Assembly: GCA_002070505.1 (NCBI GenBank)
Contig: MWDJ01000003.1
Location: 14,103 to 78,102 of the forward strand
Direction of reading: 5' to 3'
Length of the DNA: 64,000 bases
DNA from: Bacteroidetes bacterium ADurb.Bin145
GTDB lineage: Bacteria; Bacteroidota; Bacteroidia; Bacteroidales; VadinHA17
In this document: positions 28,567 through 38,373 of the stretch, one piece after another
Layout of the letters: every line of letters begins with the position of its first letter
How positions within the stretch are numbered: the stretch's first letter is position 1
Program-made: the position numbers and the translations under genes
The notes under the pieces: generated by a model
What the model was told of the DNA's origin: nothing
Database searches by the model: none
The model's input: the letters and a program-made list of their open reading frames with translations, nothing else

Positions 28567-30135
28567 ATGAGCGAAGACCTTAAACGCCAACTGGAACAGC
28601 AACTTTGGAATATAGCCAACACCCTGCGGGGGAAAATGGATGCAGATGAATTCCGTGATTACATTCTCGGCTTCATTTTTTACAAATATTTGTCAGAGAA
28701 AATAGAATTGTATGCCAATGGCATCCTGAAGGAAGACAAAATAAAATATCTGGACATCTCAGAAGATTCAGCCAAAGGTCAGCAGTATCTGGAAGCCATC
28801 AGGGAAGAATCGCTTGAAAAACTGGGGTACTTCCTAAAGCCGTCAGAACTGTTCAGTCAGGTTGCAAAACGTGGTAATGGCAATGGCAAGAACATAAGCA
28901 ACTTCATCATTGAAGACATACAGAAAATCCTCATCAACATACAAAACTCCACGATGGGGACAAGCAGCGAAGAAGATTTCGACCACCTGTTCGAGGATAT
29001 GGATTTGAATAGCACCAAACTGGGTAAGACTGCGGAACAAAGAAATGAAGTGATTGCAAAAGTCCTGTCGCATCTTGATAAAATTGACTTCCAGATAGAA
29101 GATTCAAAAATTGATATACTGGGTGATGCTTATGAATATTTGATTGGACAGTTTGCAAGTGGTGCTGGCAAAAAAGCGGGAGAGTTCTACACCCCTCAAC
29201 AGGCATCAAAAATACTTGCACAGATTGTTACACTGGGTAAAACACGTATTAAATCAGCCTACGACCCGACATGCGGGTCAGGTTCTCTTATCCTTCGGTT
29301 GGGCAGAATTTGTGATGTACTGAAATTTTACGGGCAGGAACTTAACCGCACCACTTACAACCTGTGCCGAATGAATATGATATTGCATGGCGTTCATCAT
29401 ACCAGATTCGATATTAAACTGGAAGATACGTTGGAACACCCGCAACACGAAAAACTGGAAGCAGAGGCAGTTGTGGCGAACCCGCCATTTTCGGCAAAAT
29501 GGAGTGCCAGTCCCCTGTTTATGACTGATGACAGATTCAGTGAATACGGAAAACTTGCGCCTTCTTCCAAGGCAGATTTTGCCTTTGTGCAGCATATGAT
29601 TTACCATCTGGCAGAAAATGGCGTTATGGCTGTTGTAATGCCTCATGGTGTGCTTTTCAGGGGTGCAGCCGAGGGACATATCAGGAAATACCTGATTGAA
29701 GAGAAAAACTATCTGGATACCGTTATCGGACTTCCTGCAAATATTTTCTACGGGACATCCATACCAACATGCATTCTGGTATTTAAGAAGTGCCGTGAAC
29801 ATCCTGATGATATTTTGTTTATTGATGCCAGTCAGCATTTCGAAAAGGTTAAAACACAGAATTATCTGCGTGAAGAGGATGTGGACAGGATAATTGACAC
29901 GTATGCAAAACGCATCTCAGTTGATAAATACAGTAATGTTGCCAGTCTGGATGAGGTTAGAGATAACGATTTTAACTTGAACATACCCCGATATGTTAAC
30001 ACTTTTGAAGAGGAAGAATCCATAGATATTGTTGCTGTTTCCAGTGAACTAAAAACACTGGAAATGGAAATGAAAGACACGGATGAAACCATTGCAGGGT
30101 TCTGCAAAGAACTAAACATACCAACACCGTTTTAA
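28567..30135 (+). CDS. hsdM: type I restriction-modification system, DNA methyltransferase subunit M
   Basis: HsdM N-terminal domain (LWNIANTLRGKMDADEFRDYILGFIFYKYLSE), AdoMet motif DPTCGSGS and catalytic NPPFSAKW. Confidence 0.93.
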   Translation: MSEDLKRQLEQQLWNIANTLRGKMDADEFRDYILGFIFYKYLSEKIELYANGILKEDKIKYLDISEDSAKGQQYLEAIREESLEKLGYFLKPSELFSQVAKRGNGNGKNISNFIIEDIQKILINIQNSTMGTSSEEDFDHLFEDMDLNSTKLGKTAEQRNEVIAKVLSHLDKIDFQIEDSKIDILGDAYEYLIGQFASGAGKKAGEFYTPQQASKILAQIVTLGKTRIKSAYDPTCGSGSLILRLGRICDVLKFYGQELNRTTYNLCRMNMILHGVHHTRFDIKLEDTLEHPQHEKLEAEAVVANPPFSAKWSASPLFMTDDRFSEYGKLAPSSKADFAFVQHMIYHLAENGVMAVVMPHGVLFRGAAEGHIRKYLIEEKNYLDTVIGLPANIFYGTSIPTCILVFKKCREHPDDILFIDASQHFEKVKTQNYLREEDVDRIIDTYAKRISVDKYSNVASLDEVRDNDFNLNIPRYVNTFEEEESIDIVAVSSELKTLEMEMKDTDETIAGFCKELNIPTPF

Positions 30136-30137
30136 TC

Positions 30138-31385
30138 ATGGAAATGCAAAAGAACATGCCGCAATTGCGTTTCCCTGATTTTGAAGGTGAGTGGGAGAAG
30201 AAAAAATTGGGTGAACTATCAATAATAAATCCTACCACTGTTAAACTACCAAACAAATTCATCTATATTGATTTGGAGAGTGTTACTAATGGGCAATTAA
30301 TTAAAGAAGAGGTTGTATTTAAAAACGAAGCACCAAGCCGAGCACAAAGAGTTTTGGAAATAGAAGATATTTTGTTTCAAATGGTACGACCTTACCAAAA
30401 AAACAACCTGTATTTTGACAAAAATGGAGATTATGTTGCTTCAACTGGATATGCTCAAATAAAAACCAAACAAAGTTCCCGATTTTTATATCAGTACCTT
30501 CATTTGCAACAATTTGTTGATGAGGTTATCGAAAGATGTACAGGCACAAGTTATCCTGCTATTAATTCGAAAGATTTAGCAAAAATTAGTGTTAGTTACC
30601 CCACTCTTCCCGAACAACAAAAAATCGCATCTTTTTTCACTGCCATTGACAAAAAGATAACGCAACTCAAGCAAAAGAAAACACTGCTGGAACACTACAA
30701 AAAAGGGGCGATGCAGAAAATATTTTCGCAGCAAGTCAGGTTCAAAGACGATAAAGGGTTCGAGTTTCCGAAGTGGGAGAAAAGTAAGTTCAATCAAATT
30801 TATTCCTTTAGAGTAACAAACTCTTTTTCAAGAGATGACCTGAACTATGAAGAAGGAGATGTAAAGAATCTTCACTATGGAGATATCCACACTAAGTTTA
30901 ATACACTTTTTGACATCACGAAAGAGGAAGTTCCATTTATCAAGCCTGACGTTTCGATAAAAAGAATAAGTTCTGACAATTACTGTAAGACCAGCGACAT
31001 TGTATTTGCTGATGCATCAGAAGACCTTGCTGATGTGGGTAAAAGCATTGAACTGGTTAATCTCAATGATGAGAAAGTTCTCGCTGGTTTGCATACAATT
31101 TTAGCAAGACCCGATGTAACAAAAATTGCTTCTGGATTTGGTGGTTATTTGATGAAGTCGCCTGAAGTTCGTCAACAAATTATGAAAATTGCACAAGGGT
31201 CAAAAATTACGAGCATATCAAGTACAAGGCTTTGCGATATTGAATTGAACACACCATGCCCTGATGAACAAACCAAAATCGCTAATTTCCTATCATCCAT
31301 TGATGTTAAAATAAACCAAACCCGAATGCAGATAGAAAAAGCAGAGGTTTGGAAGAAAGGGTTGATGCAACAAATGTTTGTATAA
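30138..31385 (+). CDS. hsdS: type I R-M specificity subunit S
   Basis: Two target-recognition domains are separated by the conserved central helix LPEQQKIASFFTAIDKKITQLKQKK and a C-terminal repeat (DEQTKIANFLSSIDVKINQ). The gene starts 3 bp after hsdM. Confidence 0.9.
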   Translation: MEMQKNMPQLRFPDFEGEWEKKKLGELSIINPTTVKLPNKFIYIDLESVTNGQLIKEEVVFKNEAPSRAQRVLEIEDILFQMVRPYQKNNLYFDKNGDYVASTGYAQIKTKQSSRFLYQYLHLQQFVDEVIERCTGTSYPAINSKDLAKISVSYPTLPEQQKIASFFTAIDKKITQLKQKKTLLEHYKKGAMQKIFSQQVRFKDDKGFEFPKWEKSKFNQIYSFRVTNSFSRDDLNYEEGDVKNLHYGDIHTKFNTLFDITKEEVPFIKPDVSIKRISSDNYCKTSDIVFADASEDLADVGKSIELVNLNDEKVLAGLHTILARPDVTKIASGFGGYLMKSPEVRQQIMKIAQGSKITSISSTRLCDIELNTPCPDEQTKIANFLSSIDVKINQTRMQIEKAEVWKKGLMQQMFV

Positions 31386-32523
31386 AATAATACTGAACGA
31401 TATGTATCGCATAAACAAAACAAACAATAATGTTACCAAACTTGAACAACGGTTGTTTAAAGAACTGCGAATCAAGGAAAGGGAGCATCTTCAGGAATGG
31501 ATTGCAAAGAATCCTGATATGTTGGGAGAAGAATTATTAATAATTCAAAAAGAATTCAGTGGTTTCAATGACACCAGTGAGCGACTTGACCTTTTAGCCA
31601 TAGACAGGGATGGTGGATTGGTCATAATTGAAAACAAACTTGATGATACAGGTAAAAATGTGGTTTGGCAAGCACTCAAGTATACCTCTTATTGTTCGAC
31701 ACTTACCACAGCACAGATTATCAAAATGTATCAGGAGTATATCGACAAATACGGAAATGGGGAAGATGCAAAAGAAAGTCTGCTTGAATTTCTGGAGTGG
31801 GAAGAAGAAGAACTCTTATTGAATCGAAACGACCAAAGGATTGTTTTTGTTTCAAATAATTTTCGCAAAGAGGTAACCTCTACTGTAATTTGGTTACTAA
31901 AGCACGACATTCAAATCCAATGTTTTAGGGCAATACCTTACAGTATGGGAGACGAGTTGTTTTTACAGATGGAGCAAATTATTCCATTGCCCGAAACAAA
32001 AGAATTTATGATTGATGCACAAGAAAAGGAAAAGGATGAAAAACATAAAAGCAAATCCGTTGAGGAATCCGAAGCACTGCTTATTAAATTTTGGGGACAA
32101 CTGAAACATCATTTAGTAGAGCAGAATATTGATTTTCTTGAAAGAGTTAGTGCGCATCCGAAACATAATATTGGTTTTTGGAAAGGGCATGGCAAGTTCG
32201 CCTTCTGTCTCGGCAGAAGTAATTTCAGAGTTGAACTTTATTTTTCTAATGACCCTGACAAAAAATTTATAGATGCAATGGCAATCCATAAGGATGAAAT
32301 AGAAAATTCATTTGTCGGGAAAATTGTATGGGAAAGATTGGAAAATAAAAGAGCATCACGTATCAAGCACGAAATGACACCCAGCGAATTAGAAAAGTTA
32401 AAGGGACGTTTTAATGATGAGACCTATTGGGAAGAACTAATTGCATGGTACAAATTAGCAATGGTGAAATTCTATGCAACCCTATATCCTGTTTGGGAAA
32501 AAGTTCAGAAGGAAATTTCATAA
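31378..32523 (+). CDS. PD-(D/E)xK-like nuclease domain protein with DUF4268-like C-terminus, embedded in the type I R-M operon
   Basis: ERLDLLAIDRDGGLVIIENKLD gives a D...(D/E)xK arrangement. The C-terminal half (FWGQLKHHL...HNIGFWKG...RVELYF) resembles DUF4268. Overlaps the hsdS end by 8 nt and stops 2 bp before hsdR. Confidence 0.55.
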   Translation: MYKIILNDMYRINKTNNNVTKLEQRLFKELRIKEREHLQEWIAKNPDMLGEELLIIQKEFSGFNDTSERLDLLAIDRDGGLVIIENKLDDTGKNVVWQALKYTSYCSTLTTAQIIKMYQEYIDKYGNGEDAKESLLEFLEWEEEELLLNRNDQRIVFVSNNFRKEVTSTVIWLLKHDIQIQCFRAIPYSMGDELFLQMEQIIPLPETKEFMIDAQEKEKDEKHKSKSVEESEALLIKFWGQLKHHLVEQNIDFLERVSAHPKHNIGFWKGHGKFAFCLGRSNFRVELYFSNDPDKKFIDAMAIHKDEIENSFVGKIVWERLENKRASRIKHEMTPSELEKLKGRFNDETYWEELIAWYKLAMVKFYATLYPVWEKVQKEIS

Positions 32524-32525
32524 CG

Positions 32526-35378
32526 ATGGCAAAACAACCCGAATTGATACTTGAAGAACAACTTATTGCAAAACTGCAAGAAGTGGGTTATGCATTGGTG
32601 CAAATAAATAATGAAAATGAACTTATAACCAACCTTAAAATACAGTTGGAGAAACATAATAACATCCATTTCTCCGATAAGGAATTTGAAAAAGTATTAA
32701 ACATTCTTAGTAAGGGTTCGGTATTCGAGAAAGCAAAAACACTTCGTGAAAAACAGCATATCATCAGGGATAACGGTGACAACCTCTATTTTGAATTCAT
32801 CAACACCGACCAATGGTGTCAGAATGAATATCAGGTTACCCATCAGGTTTCGATGGAAGGAAAGTATAAGAACCGCTATGATGTAACACTGCTTATCAAT
32901 GGTCTTCCGTTGGTTCATATTGAACTAAAGCGCAGAGGTCTGGAACTGAAAGAAGCATTCAATCAGGTAAACAGGTATCAGCGTCATTCCTTCAGCAGCA
33001 GTTATGGATTGTTCCAGTACATCCAGATATTTGTCATTAGTAATGGTGTTAATACGAAATATTATGCCAACAACCGCTTCCAGTCGTTCAAGCAGACATT
33101 TTACTGGACTGATAAGGAAAACAAACGGCTTACCAACATATTGAACGGCTTTGCTACTGATTTTTTGGAGAAGTGCCATATCTCAAAGATGATTTGCAAG
33201 TATGTGGTGCTAAATGAAACTTCCAAGATATTGATGGTGCTCCGACCCTACCAATACTATGCAGTTGAAGCACTTATTGACAGGGTAGAGCACAGTACTA
33301 AGAACGGCTATATCTGGCACACAACAGGTAGTGGGAAGACACTCACATCATTTAAAGCAGGACAAATACTTACACGTGTTCCGAAAATTAAGAAAGTAGT
33401 ATTTGTTGTTGACCGTAAAGATTTGGATTATCAGACAACAAAAGAATTCAATAGTTTTAGTAAGGGGTCTGTTGATGGAACAGACAATACAAGACAACTG
33501 GTAAGACAATTCACAGATGATACAAAACTAATTGTAACAACCATCCAGAAACTCAATGCAGCCATCAGCAAAAAGCATTTTCTGGAAGGGATGAAGGCAC
33601 TTCAGGATGAACGAATTGTTTTCATCTTTGATGAGTGCCACCGAAGCCAGTTTGGTGAAACACATCAACGTATAATATCATTTTTCAGGAACATCCAGAT
33701 GTTCGGCTTCACTGGTACTCCGATATTTGCTGAAAATGCTGTAAAGAATGAATTGGGTAAGAAAACCACAAAGGAATTATTTGGTGAATGTTTGCACAAA
33801 TATGTTATTACCGATGCCATCCGTGATGAGAATGTGCTGAAGTTCTCAGTTGAATACGTTGGCAGGTACAGGAACAAAGAAAGTGCCACAGAGATTGATA
33901 TTCAGGTTGAGGATATTAATGTTGATGAACTGATGGATTCATCGGTACGACTGGAAAAGATTGTTGATTATATCATTGCCTACCATAACAAGAAAACGCA
34001 TAACAGGGAGTTTACAGCCATGTTCTGCGTGAGTAGTATTCCAGCATTGATTCGCTATTATGAATTGCTCCAGCGCAAGAAAATGCTCGGAGAACACGAT
34101 TTAAAAATCGCCACGATATTTAGTTACATTGCCAATGAAGATGATGTCGATGCAAACGGTTTCATACCTGAAGAAGTTTCGGTTGCAGCAGAGCCAGAAA
34201 TTGCTTATGCAACCAATCCACATACACGTGAAAAACTTGATGAATTTATCGGTCATTATAACCAGATGTTTGGTTCTGCATATTCCACAAAAGACAGCCA
34301 GAGTTTCTATAACTACTACAACGACATCAGTAAGAAGGTTAAAGAGCGTAAGATTGACATATTATTGGTGGTGAATATGTATCTAACTGGATTTGACAGT
34401 CCGTCACTTAATACTTTATACGTTGATAAGAACCTCAGATATCACGGACTGATACAGGCTTATTCCAGAACCAACCGCATCCTGAATGAACTGAAAAGTC
34501 AAGGCAACATTGTGGTTTTTCGTAACCTGAAAAATGCCACAGATGAAGCAATTACCCTGTTCAGCAACAAAGATGCCATTGAAGAAATCATTATGAAGCC
34601 GTATGATGAATACGTGAATGCATTTAATGATGGATTTGTCAACCTGCTCCATATAACACCCACTGTCGATAGCATAAATAATCTTGTTACGGAAGATGAT
34701 GAACTGAAATTTATCATTGCTTTCAGGGACTTAATGCGTATTAAAAATGTGCTGGCATCATTCTCCGACTTCAAATGGAGTGACTTGTCAATGACTGAGC
34801 AGCAGTTCGAAGATTACAAGAGCAAGTATCTTGACCTGCACGATAAAGTAAAGAGCGACCATGCAAGAGAGAAGGTAAGCATACTTGAAGATGTTGATTT
34901 TGAACTTGAATTAATTCACCGTGACGAAATAAATGTTGCATACATCATTCGTCTGCTAATAAAACTTAAAGCCAATCAGAAGAAAGATGCGGAGCAGATT
35001 GAAAGGGAAATCTTCAACCTGCTGAATACGGAAATGCAATTAAGAAGCAAGAAAGAACTGATAGCAAGATTTATCAGGGAAAATATGCCTGTCATTCTGG
35101 ATACCGATGATATACCACAGGAATTTGAAAAGTTCTGGACTGTGGAGCAGGAGAAAGCGTTCCTGAAACTTGTTGAGGAAGAAAGACTGTCGAAAGAAAA
35201 GACACAAACGTTGATTGAAAATTATCTGTATTCCGAACAAGAGCCAATGAGAGATGAAATACTGGAATTACTGGCTGGTGAAAAACCAACACTGCTTCAA
35301 CGTAAAACAACTGGTGAAAGGATACTGAGAAGGATTATGGATTTTGTTGAAACGTTTATTAATGGAATATCTGGTTAA
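32526..35378 (+). CDS. hsdR: type I restriction endonuclease subunit R
   Basis: N-terminal nuclease domain (RYDVTLLINGLPLVHIELKRRG), helicase motifs TGSGKT and FDECHRSQ, FTGTP, and a C-terminal helical domain. ATG at 32526 (MAKQPELILEEQLI) is preferred over the track start at 32427. Confidence 0.93.
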   Translation: MAKQPELILEEQLIAKLQEVGYALVQINNENELITNLKIQLEKHNNIHFSDKEFEKVLNILSKGSVFEKAKTLREKQHIIRDNGDNLYFEFINTDQWCQNEYQVTHQVSMEGKYKNRYDVTLLINGLPLVHIELKRRGLELKEAFNQVNRYQRHSFSSSYGLFQYIQIFVISNGVNTKYYANNRFQSFKQTFYWTDKENKRLTNILNGFATDFLEKCHISKMICKYVVLNETSKILMVLRPYQYYAVEALIDRVEHSTKNGYIWHTTGSGKTLTSFKAGQILTRVPKIKKVVFVVDRKDLDYQTTKEFNSFSKGSVDGTDNTRQLVRQFTDDTKLIVTTIQKLNAAISKKHFLEGMKALQDERIVFIFDECHRSQFGETHQRIISFFRNIQMFGFTGTPIFAENAVKNELGKKTTKELFGECLHKYVITDAIRDENVLKFSVEYVGRYRNKESATEIDIQVEDINVDELMDSSVRLEKIVDYIIAYHNKKTHNREFTAMFCVSSIPALIRYYELLQRKKMLGEHDLKIATIFSYIANEDDVDANGFIPEEVSVAAEPEIAYATNPHTREKLDEFIGHYNQMFGSAYSTKDSQSFYNYYNDISKKVKERKIDILLVVNMYLTGFDSPSLNTLYVDKNLRYHGLIQAYSRTNRILNELKSQGNIVVFRNLKNATDEAITLFSNKDAIEEIIMKPYDEYVNAFNDGFVNLLHITPTVDSINNLVTEDDELKFIIAFRDLMRIKNVLASFSDFKWSDLSMTEQQFEDYKSKYLDLHDKVKSDHAREKVSILEDVDFELELIHRDEINVAYIIRLLIKLKANQKKDAEQIEREIFNLLNTEMQLRSKKELIARFIRENMPVILDTDDIPQEFEKFWTVEQEKAFLKLVEEERLSKEKTQTLIENYLYSEQEPMRDEILELLAGEKPTLLQRKTTGERILRRIMDFVETFINGISG

Positions 35379-35482
35379 TACAACTGCTATATCAGGTGTT
35401 ACATTATATATAACATGCTATTTGCTTGATTAATAACATCATAAAGAATATAGATTCTTGACCTAATTTGAACCAGAAATAC

Positions 35483-35712
35483 GACCTTAACCTGTTATTG
35501 ACTTGAAAGAATTAGTACATTTAAAACTTCTGTATGCAGTTGAATAACAGCACGCTACAACAAGTTACGGTCGCATTAACTGCCAAGTTAAGGTCAATAA
35601 AATGGTATTGCAATCATTGGAAGATAGGATTGGTGGAAGAAGAGAAAGATATGTGTAAGAATAATCAACATAAGGTCTCAGTTAATCAGCAGGTAAGGTC
35701 ATTAACATGGTA
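35483..35712. repeat. iteron-like TAAGGTC repeat cluster upstream of the polymerase-like gene
   Basis: TAAGGTCAATAAAATGGTA (35589-35607) and TAAGGTCATTAACATGGTA (35694-35712) match at 17 of 19 positions. A further TAAGGTCTCAGTTAATCAG lies at 35671, a degenerate TTACGGTCGCATTAAC at 35565 and an inverted GACCTTAA at 35483. Confidence 0.55.
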
Positions 35713-35728
35713 ACATCATATGGTATAA

Positions 35729-37738
35729 ATGGTAAGTAAGAAAGAAACCAACAGGAAGGCTTATGCAAAGGGGGAGTATCTACCAGAGAAACTGGCTCTG
35801 AGTTTGCAGAAATTATTTTTAAGTAACAGCAAGTATGAATACCGTAGCAAGAACAATTTCCTGCAATGTGTCTGGATTATATTTTATCATCAGGTTACCA
35901 AAGGGAATGGCTTATCACTTTACGTTCCACTTGGAAGAAATTATTGGAAGAAGATTTATGGTGGTAATTACCATGACAGTGTCCTTGCACCACTGTTGGA
36001 ATCCAATATAATTGAAAGCATTGATACTGGTTACCGCAATATTCCTGATAATACCAAACTTACTACATTTGGTAAACAGGATGGTTCTGTGGGAGTAAGA
36101 TATCGTATCACGCCAGACCTTCTGGGAGATGAGCAGGTCTTTATACCATACATTGCAGATGGGAAGGTGTTAACGGCATTGGAACGGATGCTATTTGATA
36201 ACAAGGAGTTTGTTATACCTGAAATTCCTGACCTGAATTTTCGCATCAGCATCGACACTGATAAAGCGTATAAGTGGGTTGAAAACAACGCAGAGCGCAT
36301 CTGTGCTGAGTTTCTGAAGAAGGATTATGTTAATATTCTTCCAGATGGTTTGTATCTTGAATGCCATGAATATCTGGATAGTGGGTCATATAATGTTAGA
36401 TACTATACTGTCAAGTGGGCAAAATTCATTGCTGAATCGAAAAAACAGGATTTCTTTTACTTCAACGATTCGTTTTATATTGCCAGTATTGATACATTTC
36501 TTCAACAGCGCATTCCTGCCCTGATTTATCATTATAAACACCAAATATCACAACTCGGAACGCTACCAATTGAAGAAAAACAAAGTCCTGTCACATTACG
36601 TATATACAGCCACCTGACAAACTTCCCCAGTAGGATTCTGCAATTCATTAACATCAATAACAAAACTGTACATCAATTGGATTTGCGGACATCCCAGTTT
36701 CTTATTTTTGCAAATTTGTTAAATGTTTATATCGTCAACGGTGGGGAGCATTTGCTTTCATTATTTGAAGAAGGGAAAAACAAAAAATATCTGAAACGCC
36801 TCATTAAAGTTCTTCAAGCACACCAGCACCAGTTACCATCGGTCGGAGTTGATATAAACGATATAAATTCAGGCGAAAACAGTTCAAGTGATGTGCTAAA
36901 GTTCATACGAGATGTTTTCTTTCGGGACTTCTATGATGTTGTTGCTCATGAACTCGGTATGAAGGAACGGTTGCTGGCAAAGCATGCATTGTTTAAATTA
37001 CTTTTCAAGAAAACTAATCGTCCTGATGCATTGCTGCACAAACTTTCACAACTCTATCCAATTGTAATTAGCATCATTGCTGAGTTTAAAAAGAAAGATG
37101 CGAAGAAGAAGGATGAAGAAAAAGAAGATGATAACAGTGAAAGCAATCTTTCAGTTTTTCTTCAATGCACTGAAGCAGAAATATTCGTGAACAATATTCT
37201 GAAAAGACTGAGGGATGAGGGCATTCCCTGTTTCACGAGGCACGACTCAATAGTTGTTGCAGACGGGCATCAGGACAAAGCAGAGGTAATTGCAAAAGAG
37301 GTTTTCAGAAAGTTTGGTTTTAAGTACAATCACAAAGCGGAAGATAAATTCTGGGAAGCCGTTGAATTTGAAGAATTAGAAGGAAGCACCTATATGCAAT
37401 GGGTGATTGATGAAAACTTGTTAAGTGATAACTATGATGTAGAAGGTGCATTTGATGAACCACATTACGAAATGATTGATATGGACGAATTTGAAAGTAA
37501 AATTTGTAAAAGACTGCTTGATATCGGAATTCATGAAGATTATTACGACCTCGTAAATGCTGTATTTCTGGAAGATATTTCCAATCTGCCGATGCTTTAT
37601 CGGGAAGAAAGAGATGCTTTGTATGATGAGGTGGTCAATTTGAATTCTGGATTTACTTTTTTGCAGGGAAAAACAAATGTGTTGTTAAGAAATCTGGTGG
37701 AAAGAATCAGCACCATGAATTTTAATGGTCGTGATTAA
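35729..37738 (+). CDS. orphan family-A (Pol I / T7-type) polymerase-like protein, highly diverged, no recognisable exonuclease domain
   Basis: Motif A-like QLD318LRTSQFLIFANL (compare DYSQIELRxxAHL). Motif B/O-helix R414LLAK418HALF422KLLF426 (compare RRxAKxxNFGxxYG, identical R-K-F-Y/F spacing). Motif 6 LQ479CTEAEIF (compare MQGTAADII). Motif C TRH505D506SIVV (compare QVHDELVF). Confidence 0.6.
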   Translation: MVSKKETNRKAYAKGEYLPEKLALSLQKLFLSNSKYEYRSKNNFLQCVWIIFYHQVTKGNGLSLYVPLGRNYWKKIYGGNYHDSVLAPLLESNIIESIDTGYRNIPDNTKLTTFGKQDGSVGVRYRITPDLLGDEQVFIPYIADGKVLTALERMLFDNKEFVIPEIPDLNFRISIDTDKAYKWVENNAERICAEFLKKDYVNILPDGLYLECHEYLDSGSYNVRYYTVKWAKFIAESKKQDFFYFNDSFYIASIDTFLQQRIPALIYHYKHQISQLGTLPIEEKQSPVTLRIYSHLTNFPSRILQFININNKTVHQLDLRTSQFLIFANLLNVYIVNGGEHLLSLFEEGKNKKYLKRLIKVLQAHQHQLPSVGVDINDINSGENSSSDVLKFIRDVFFRDFYDVVAHELGMKERLLAKHALFKLLFKKTNRPDALLHKLSQLYPIVISIIAEFKKKDAKKKDEEKEDDNSESNLSVFLQCTEAEIFVNNILKRLRDEGIPCFTRHDSIVVADGHQDKAEVIAKEVFRKFGFKYNHKAEDKFWEAVEFEELEGSTYMQWVIDENLLSDNYDVEGAFDEPHYEMIDMDEFESKICKRLLDIGIHEDYYDLVNAVFLEDISNLPMLYREERDALYDEVVNLNSGFTFLQGKTNVLLRNLVERISTMNFNGRD

Positions 37739-37892
37739 TTCATCTTGTAACTAATTTAATTACTTCTGGCAGTTTTATACTTTTCCCAGTATTTATTTAA
37801 GTCATGAACAATTAGTTTAGAGAGGCACGGACATTTGAAAAATTATTCAAACCGTGCCTTCTTTTTTTGACAAGTAGTGATAAATGTTGTTT

Positions 37893-38135
37893 TCAGTCAG
37901 TTATAGAAAGAATTTCACTCGCAGGGACGTTATAAAAATCAGATAGTAATAACAATTGTTTGATGCCGTAATTATGGCATTTATTTTCAATACGAAGCAA
38001 TGTTTGCTTCCCAATTTTGGTATATCGGCACACGTCATCTCTGGTCATGTTTTCATTTAACCTTAATTCTCTCAGGTACAAGCCAACCGCTTCAAGATTT
38101 TTGGTATGCTTTTTCGATATTTCTTTTCTGGGCAT
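37893..38135 (-). CDS. XRE-family helix-turn-helix transcriptional regulator (about 80 aa)
   Basis: MPRKEISKKHTKNLEAVGLYLRELRLNENMTRDDVCRYTKIGKQTLLRIENK... The internal ATG at 38135 is preferred, because the long track ORF to 38405 has an implausible Cys/Ser-rich N-terminus. Confidence 0.65.
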   Translation of the reverse strand: MPRKEISKKHTKNLEAVGLYLRELRLNENMTRDDVCRYTKIGKQTLLRIENKCHNYGIKQLLLLSDFYNVPASEILSITD

Positions 38136-38373
38136 TGATGATGATTTTACAATAAATACAGAAGTTCCAAAAAAGTAACTTCGTGCTGCACTATAACGCC
38201 TTAAAACGACTCCTTTTGTTCCTGATAATGTCATTATATGGTATGTTATTAGCGACCTGTAATGGCTTAAAACAGCCTTTTTAACGGTAAATCTTGCATT
38301 TTCCCTTAGTATGCTGTACACACATGCAGGTAAGCGAGGATAATTTTTACAATTTTTAACGGGAAAACAGTTT

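Noticed and set aside
32427-32525. The track start of the hsdR ORF at 32427, which gives 983 aa.
   Set aside because: This N-terminal extension overlaps the end of the upstream gene in another frame and has no HsdR-like sequence. MAKQPELILEEQLI at 32526 is the conventional HsdR N-terminus.
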